From Candidatus Moraniibacteriota bacterium (GTDB lineage: Bacteria > Patescibacteriota > Minisyncoccia > Moranbacterales > UBA1568): a stretch of DNA of 64,000 bases. The notes under the pieces are model-generated. The model was not told the origin of the DNA and did not search any database. It was given only the letters and a program-made list of their open reading frames with translations. The stretch is from assembly GCA_016182385.1 (NCBI GenBank), contig JACPGV010000002.1, positions 189,190 to 253,189 of the forward strand, read 5' to 3'. Every line of letters starts with the position of its first letter. Position 1 is the first letter of the stretch. Shown here piece after piece: positions 58,501-64,000 of this stretch. Made by a program: the position numbers and the translations under genes.

Positions 58501-58715
58501 ACCGTTGGAGATTTTGATGCTTTGTATCAACACAAGGAAAACTTCTTTGTGTTTTTTGATGTGTTTAATAGTTTGCATGAGAATAGGGAGGATAGAGGGG
58601 ATTTTTTTCTTTTGGTTTAGAATAGGGTATACTTGGCTTAGAGGAAGAAAACCATTTTTTCTGTTTTTGTTTATTGTAAAGTAGAGGATTTTCGTGGTTG
58701 TTTGTTGATTGACCT

Positions 58716-61028
58716 ATGTATTTGAAAAAATTGGAAATGAGCGGATTTAAATCTTTCGCCAATAAAATGGTGTTGGATTTTTTGCCGGATTGTGATATCG
58801 CGAATGGTGGGCGTTGCGGAATCACAGCAATTGTCGGACCGAATGGTTCCGGTAAGTCAAACGTGGCTGACGCTATTCGTTTTGCTATTGGTGAACAATC
58901 TTCTAAAAATTTACGCGGTAAAAAATCAGAGGATGTTATTTTTGCCGGTACGGACAAGAAAACACGCTTGGGTGTGGCGTCGGTAACGCTTCATTTTGAC
59001 AATAGCGATAAACGTATTCCTATCGAATTTGCCGAAGTTTTGATAACTCGCAAAGTGTATCGGAGCGGAGAGAGTGAGTATCTTATCAATGGCGCGCATG
59101 TACGCTTGATGGATATTGTCGATCTCCTTGCCCAAGCAGGTATTGGCAAAGATAGTTATTGTGTCATTACGCAGGGTATGAGTGACGCCGTACTCAATGC
59201 TTCGCCTGTGGAACGCCGCTCTATTTTTGAAGATGCGGCCGGCGTGAAGCAGTACCAAATTGAAAAAGAGCGCGCTTTGCGCAAACTGGAAAGTACGCGT
59301 GAAAACGTGGAGCGGGCCGATGGATTGATCGCGGAAATTGAACCGCATTTGAAAAATTTACGTCGGCAAGCAGAAAAGGCATCGCAAGGAAAAGATGTTG
59401 CGCAAAAGCTTCGTGAGAAGCAACTTTTACTGTATGGATTTTTATGGAACAGTTTTCAGGGCGAAAGAGGGGCGCTCGTTACAGAGCGTGACGGTATGCA
59501 AAAAGAAGTTTTTGATCTTGAGGTGGAAACCAATACGCTTTCACGTGAAGTAACGGAGGTGTCAAAAATGATGGAGGATCAGAGTGGGGAAGAGATTGCC
59601 AACCATGAGCTTATGAAATTACGTGAAGAGGCGAATACTTTTTTGCGTGACCGGAGTATTATTGAGGGAAAGATAGAAATTGAGAAAGAAAAACAAAAAG
59701 AACAGGAGGTTGTGCGGGTGATTCCGGTGGATCTGGAGTACGTACGCAAGGCGCTTGAAGAAATTCGTGCCAATCAACAAGAGCTCATTGAACGTATTCG
59801 TAGCGTGGAGAAACTTGAGGATTTGCAGGATATTCGTGAATTTGCCCAAGTGATCAAACAAAAACTTCATGATCTTGATGAAAAAGCAAGCGAAGGAAGT
59901 GTTAAGGAAAAAAGAATTATTGCTCTTCCGGATGAAGAAAAAAAAGAAAGTGATAAGCGTTTGACCGCTTTAACGGAAGAGAGGGAGCGTCTTAATAAAC
60001 ATTTGGAGGTTCTGCAAAAAACTCTTACAGAAAAGGAAGCCTCTCTGGTTGCTTTGCGTGAAGCAGGTCGTAAAAGTCGAGAGATGTTTTTTGTGAAGGA
60101 AAAGGAATGGCGAGAGAAAGAGTTTCGTTTGACGAAGCTTAAGGATGCGCTTAATGAGGTGCGGGTGCGTTTGGCACGTGTCGAGGTACGCGAAGAGGAT
60201 TTGGTGACACTGGTACGCGAAGAGCTTGCGATGGATGCGAGTGAGCTTACGTATAAGGAAGCGCCTGTTCACGAGACAACACAACCGATCGAGCGAGAGC
60301 GACTGGAGCGAGAGATTGCGCGATTGAAAGTAGAGGTGGAGCATATCGGTACGATTGATCCGCTTGTGGTGGAAGAGTATCAGGAAACAGAAAAACGTTT
60401 TGTCTTTCTTACGCATGAGTCGACGGATTTGAAACAGGCGATGGAGTCGCTTCGGACAGTCGTGAAGGAAATGGATCAAAAAATAGACGAAGCTTTTGAT
60501 GAGGCTTTTAAGGAGATTCGTACAAAGTTTTCTGAATATTTTAAAATTATTTTTGGTGGTGGAAAAGCAGAATTGGAGATAGTGAAAATAAAAAGACGTG
60601 TTCGTTTGTCTCAAGATACCGATGAGAACGAAGAAGACGGGGAAGACGATAAAGAACAAGAGGGAGAGACGGAGCTGGGAATTGAGATTTTTGCTTGTCC
60701 GCCCGGAAAAAAAATCACCCATCTTTCAATGCTTTCTGGTGGTGAGCGTTCGCTTACCTCGTTGGCACTTCTTTTTGCTATTATTTCCCATAATCCGCCG
60801 CCGTTTGCCATACTTGATGAGGTGGAGGCTGCTTTGGATGAAGCTAATTCGCGTCGTTTTTCCAAGATGCTTCAGGAACTTTCGACACATACGCAATTCA
60901 TTGCCATCACGCATAATCGTGAGACGATGTCACAGGCCGGACTTCTCTACGGTGTCACGATGGGTGCTGACGGCGTTTCTCAACTTCTTTCTATTCGTCT
61001 TGATCAGGCTGAAAAATTGAAATCCTAG
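58716..61028 (+). CDS. smc: SMC-family chromosome segregation ATPase, unusually short (770 aa).
   Basis: N-terminal Walker A IVGPNGSGKSNVADA. Coiled coils. C-terminal signature LSGGERSLTSLALLFA and Walker B AILDEVEAALD. Confidence 0.75.
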   Translation: MYLKKLEMSGFKSFANKMVLDFLPDCDIANGGRCGITAIVGPNGSGKSNVADAIRFAIGEQSSKNLRGKKSEDVIFAGTDKKTRLGVASVTLHFDNSDKRIPIEFAEVLITRKVYRSGESEYLINGAHVRLMDIVDLLAQAGIGKDSYCVITQGMSDAVLNASPVERRSIFEDAAGVKQYQIEKERALRKLESTRENVERADGLIAEIEPHLKNLRRQAEKASQGKDVAQKLREKQLLLYGFLWNSFQGERGALVTERDGMQKEVFDLEVETNTLSREVTEVSKMMEDQSGEEIANHELMKLREEANTFLRDRSIIEGKIEIEKEKQKEQEVVRVIPVDLEYVRKALEEIRANQQELIERIRSVEKLEDLQDIREFAQVIKQKLHDLDEKASEGSVKEKRIIALPDEEKKESDKRLTALTEERERLNKHLEVLQKTLTEKEASLVALREAGRKSREMFFVKEKEWREKEFRLTKLKDALNEVRVRLARVEVREEDLVTLVREELAMDASELTYKEAPVHETTQPIERERLEREIARLKVEVEHIGTIDPLVVEEYQETEKRFVFLTHESTDLKQAMESLRTVVKEMDQKIDEAFDEAFKEIRTKFSEYFKIIFGGGKAELEIVKIKRRVRLSQDTDENEEDGEDDKEQEGETELGIEIFACPPGKKITHLSMLSGGERSLTSLALLFAIISHNPPPFAILDEVEAALDEANSRRFSKMLQELSTHTQFIAITHNRETMSQAGLLYGVTMGADGVSQLLSIRLDQAEKLKS

Positions 61029-61092
61029 TTGACAGGGATAAGAAAACGGGATAGACTGGGTTTTGTATATATGTAAAGTTGTCTATTTGAAT

Positions 61093-61497
61093 ATGTTGAT
61101 TATCCGTCTCAATCGCACAGGTAAAAGGAATCGCGCGCATTTTCGTGTTGTTTTGCAGGAGCACACGAAGGCTCCGGGCAAGCGTCACGTGGAGATATTG
61201 GGAAGTGTTGATCCCCACAAAAAGACGACTATTTTGAAAAAAGACCGAATTTTGTATTGGATTGGACAAGGGGTACAAACCTCTGATACGGTGCACAATA
61301 TTTTTGTTCGAGAAGGAGTTATCGATGGGAAAAAGATTGTTAAAAAGATGCCGCGCCCCGCTTCATCTCAGAATGAACAGGGAGAACCAGTAAAAGAGTC
61401 GGAAGCAAAACAAGAAGAATCAAAATCCGAAGTGGTTACCGAAAAACCGACAGAAGAAGTAAAAAAGGAAGAGAAAAAGGAAGAGGTGGCCGCGTAG
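61093..61497 (+). CDS. rpsP: 30S ribosomal protein S16 with Lys/Glu-rich C-terminal extension.
   Basis: MLIIRLNRTGKRNRAHFRVV consensus start. Internal start of ORF 61063..61497. Confidence 0.75.
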   Translation: MLIIRLNRTGKRNRAHFRVVLQEHTKAPGKRHVEILGSVDPHKKTTILKKDRILYWIGQGVQTSDTVHNIFVREGVIDGKKIVKKMPRPASSQNEQGEPVKESEAKQEESKSEVVTEKPTEEVKKEEKKEEVAA

Positions 61498-61697
61498 GTG
61501 TTGACGGAAGTCTTTTTTTTCGGTAGTATTGAAGTACAACTAAATATTCCGCAGATATGAGGCTTTTTTTAGAAAAACTGTAAGTCCTCACGAGGAAGAA
61601 TCATTTGATGGTAGTCGCAAAAGATAGCGTCGAGTGGTTTTTAAAGAGTATTCTTATCTGCGTTTTTACGCAGATTTTTTGTTTAATATATACGTGT

Positions 61698-62219
61698 ATG
61701 CAAACAAGACAGCAAAAAGAAACGTTGGTCACTAGTGTAACGACGAAGATTAAGAATTCAAAAGCGCTTGTTTTTGCCAATTTCAAGGGAGTATCCGTGA
61801 AGGATGTTACAACAGTACGAAAGGAGCTTGGTAAAAATGGTTCTGGATGGCAAGTGTTGAAGAAAACGCTTCTTAATATTGCCCTCAAAGAGGCTGGCGT
61901 CTTGGTTGACGTGAGGAAATTTGACGGACAGGTTGGCGTAGCATTTTCTTATGACGAAGTGACTGCCGCCAAAGTGCTTTCCAATTTTGTTAAGGCTAAC
62001 AAAGAAGTACCGCTTACCATTGAAGGAGGAGCGCTTGGTGTCAAAGAGCTTTCCGTTCAAGAGGTGACCGCTCTTGCGAAGTTGCCGAGCCGGGATGAGT
62101 TGCGTGCCACATTGGCGGGAACTCTGCAGGCGCCGATTTCTGGATTTGTTCGCGCTTTGAGTGGCAATTTGAGTGGTTTGGTGCGAGTGCTTAAGGCGAT
62201 AGAGGGAAAGAAGGTGTAA
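61698..62219 (+). CDS. rplJ: 50S ribosomal protein L10.
   Basis: L10 fold. Precedes rplL. Probable start MQTRQQKETLV within ORF 61605..62219. Confidence 0.75.
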   Translation: MQTRQQKETLVTSVTTKIKNSKALVFANFKGVSVKDVTTVRKELGKNGSGWQVLKKTLLNIALKEAGVLVDVRKFDGQVGVAFSYDEVTAAKVLSNFVKANKEVPLTIEGGALGVKELSVQEVTALAKLPSRDELRATLAGTLQAPISGFVRALSGNLSGLVRVLKAIEGKKV

Positions 62220-62323
62220 TTTTTATTCCATCGCTTTACCGCTTAATGATTGAAAAATTTTGATTGTTAAGCGGTCAAGCGATGAAGTTTATTAATACTG
62301 TAATTATTTAATTATATAATGTT

Positions 62324-62731
62324 ATGACAGAGGAAAAGAAAGAAGTTGTCGTGCCAGAGAAATTCGAAAAACTCGTGGCCGAAATCGAAAAGATGAGCGT
62401 ACTCGACCTTTCCGAGCTCGTGAAAGTGCTTGAGGATAAGTTTGGTGTTTCAGCCGCCGCGCCGATGATGATGGGTGCGATGCCAGCAGCCGCCGGTGCC
62501 GCGGAAGTCGCGGAAGAGAAGACTGATTTTGATGTTGAGCTTACTGCCGCCGGTGCGCAGAAAATCAACGCCATTAAGGCTGTTCGTGAGGTGACTGGCT
62601 TGGGTCTTAAAGAAGCCAAAGATCTCGTCGATGGTGCTCCGAAGGTGATCAAGGAAAAGGTGGCTAAGGCTGATGCTGAGGCGATGAAAAAGAAACTTGA
62701 GGAAGCTGGTGCAACGGTTACGTTGAAGTAA
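62324..62731 (+). CDS. rplL: 50S ribosomal protein L7/L12.
   Basis: Ala-rich hinge plus C-terminal domain [28 protein letters not shown]. Confidence 0.9.
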   Translation: MTEEKKEVVVPEKFEKLVAEIEKMSVLDLSELVKVLEDKFGVSAAAPMMMGAMPAAAGAAEVAEEKTDFDVELTAAGAQKINAIKAVREVTGLGLKEAKDLVDGAPKVIKEKVAKADAEAMKKKLEEAGATVTLK

Positions 62732-62744
62732 TTTTTGTGGCAGT

Positions 62745-62779
62745 ATATCACCCGCTTTAAAGCGGGTGATATTTTTTTT
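62745..62779 (+). terminator. Rho-independent terminator after rplL.
   Basis: ATATCACCCGC-TTTAA-AGCGGGTGATAT hairpin followed by TTTTTTTT. Confidence 0.7.
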
Positions 62780-62892
62780 GACAAAAAGAAGAGATGGGTT
62801 CATACTATTTTCGTTGTTTATTCTTGTAATAAAAAATAGATAATTTTCCGAACCCTGAGTGCGGAAACTTTGTTTTATTGAGAAAAAATATT

Positions 62893-64000
62893 ATGTCGCT
62901 TGAAACGGTACTTTCTTTTTTCGTTCTTATTTTTATTTCTTTGGGAATATATTTTATCGCGCAACGTTTTCGTTTGCCGTATACGGTACTTTTGGTTTTG
63001 ACGGGATCGTTGCTTGTGCCGCTGACCGCATTGCCATTTCTTTCTTTTCTTCCGGCTTTCCAGTTGACTCCTGAGCTCTTATTTTATCTTTTTTTGCCAA
63101 TACTTATTTTCGAATCGGCGTATAATATGCGGGTGAGAGATCTGATGGAAAACGTCCGTGCTGTAACGTGGTTTTCCGTCGGAAGTCTTCTTATTTCGAT
63201 GTTTTTTATTGCTGGAGTTCTTTTTTTTGTTTTGGATGCTATTGGTATGCCGGTGCCTTTCTTGGTAACGCTTCTTTTTGGTGCTCTTATTTCTGCTACC
63301 GATCCAGTGGCGGTTTTGGCGCTTTTCAAAGAATTTGGCGTACCGCGCCGATTGACGTTTCTTTTTGAAGGGGAAAGTCTTTTTAATGATGGTACCGCCC
63401 TGGCGGCTTTTTTGGTGATTCTGGAAATTATTATGCACGGTTTTTCAGGAATAAGCACCGTGCTTGAGGGATTGTTTATTTTTTTCACAATGGTTTTTGG
63501 CGGAATCGTTTTTGGTATTTTTATGGGATTTCTTTTCGCTAAAATCATTGAAAAAGTACAAGAAAACGAGCACGTTGAGGTTACTCTAACGATGCTTGCG
63601 GCACATTTGACGTTTATTTTTTCTGAAGTTTTTTCCCATCACGTCGTTTTATTCGGTGAACATATTCGACTTTCTTCGATCATCGCGACGGTTATGGCGG
63701 CGATGGTTATTGGAAATTACGGTCGTTCCAAACTTTCTTCATCGAGTTATCATTTTATGGAAGGCTTTTGGGGATATTTTGCTTTTTTGGCGAATTCTCT
63801 TGTTTTTATTACGATGGGTTTTTTGTTCGCCAGTTTGCCGATTGAACTCCAGTATTTTTTTGTCCCGATTCTTTTGACAGTACTTGTCGTTATGATAGCA
63901 AGAGCGTGTTCTATTTACCCGATTGCTTGGTGGCTCAACATCGGAAAAAAGGAAAAAAACATCCCCATGACATGGCAACACCTTCTTTCTTGGGGGAGTT
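62893..64000 (+). CDS. Na+/H+ antiporter, CPA1 (NhaP) family, 3'-partial. Runs off the window end and is not in the supplied ORF track.
   Basis: Open frame from ATG 62893 to the window end. Multiple TM helices. CPA1 motif ISATDPVAVLALFKEFGVPRRL. Confidence 0.7.
   Translation, partial: MSLETVLSFFVLIFISLGIYFIAQRFRLPYTVLLVLTGSLLVPLTALPFLSFLPAFQLTPELLFYLFLPILIFESAYNMRVRDLMENVRAVTWFSVGSLLISMFFIAGVLFFVLDAIGMPVPFLVTLLFGALISATDPVAVLALFKEFGVPRRLTFLFEGESLFNDGTALAAFLVILEIIMHGFSGISTVLEGLFIFFTMVFGGIVFGIFMGFLFAKIIEKVQENEHVEVTLTMLAAHLTFIFSEVFSHHVVLFGEHIRLSSIIATVMAAMVIGNYGRSKLSSSSYHFMEGFWGYFAFLANSLVFITMGFLFASLPIELQYFFVPILLTVLVVMIARACSIYPIAWWLNIGKKEKNIPMTWQHLLSWGS

Overview
This is a dense, mostly housekeeping bacterial chromosomal window of about 80 genes. 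Short genes, frequent absence of Shine-Dalgarno sequences, a secretin-less type IV pilus/competence locus and unusual ribosomal-protein gene order suggest a small-genome uncultivated lineage, possibly CPR/Patescibacteria. That assignment is inference only.

Recognisable core genes:
- recG, a class IV aminotransferase and a Nudix hydrolase
- clpC/B-type chaperone and comF
- a complete type IV pilus cluster (pilM/N/O, pilB, pilT, pilC, two pilins, prepilin peptidase pilD, three pseudopilins)
- ligA, gatC, gatA, gatB
- secE, nusG, rplK, rplA, and separately rpsP, rplJ, rplL
- a thymidylate block (dcd, thyA, folA, two P-loop kinases, mazG-like, a second DHFR-family reductase)
- miaA, xerC/D, dnaE, rnhB, rpmF, nusB, rnc, a short SMC, and a 3'-partial NhaP antiporter

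Four tRNAs were found by eye: tRNA-Arg(CCG), tRNA-Arg(GCG), tRNA-Ser(TGA) and tRNA-Ser(GCT).

Two accessory regions sit next to the two tRNA-Ser genes and are the main interest.

1. An AT-rich ~5 kb islet at 8.7-13.5 kb. It is flanked by 33-bp direct repeats. It encodes a small P-loop kinase, a HAD (DxDGT) phosphatase and a 1178-aa protein that combines a zeta/PNK-like P-loop kinase, a Fic/Doc-like motif (HIFSDGCGR), a canonical Nudix box and a possible nucleosidase-like C-terminus. This is a candidate undescribed nucleotide-modifying or toxin/defence module.

2. A complete diversity-generating retroelement (DGR) at 15.1-19.5 kb.
- It has a 612-aa target protein with a 128-bp variable repeat (VR) at its 3' end.
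- A 128-bp template repeat (TR) lies 360 bp downstream. It differs from the VR at about 22 positions, all at TR adenines.
- An antisense Avd-like four-helix-bundle gene follows.
- The reverse transcriptase carries the DGR-type LGNLTSQ motif and YADD.
- A G11 homopolymer sits in the avd/RT divergent region.
- The cassette lies between the 3' end of tRNA-Ser(GCT) and a 38-bp direct repeat of that end, suggesting a mobile DGR island.

A dispersed palindromic repeat family with T-arm-like tRNA fragments, and a partial tRNA-Arg 3' duplication, mark these loci as repeated integration sites.
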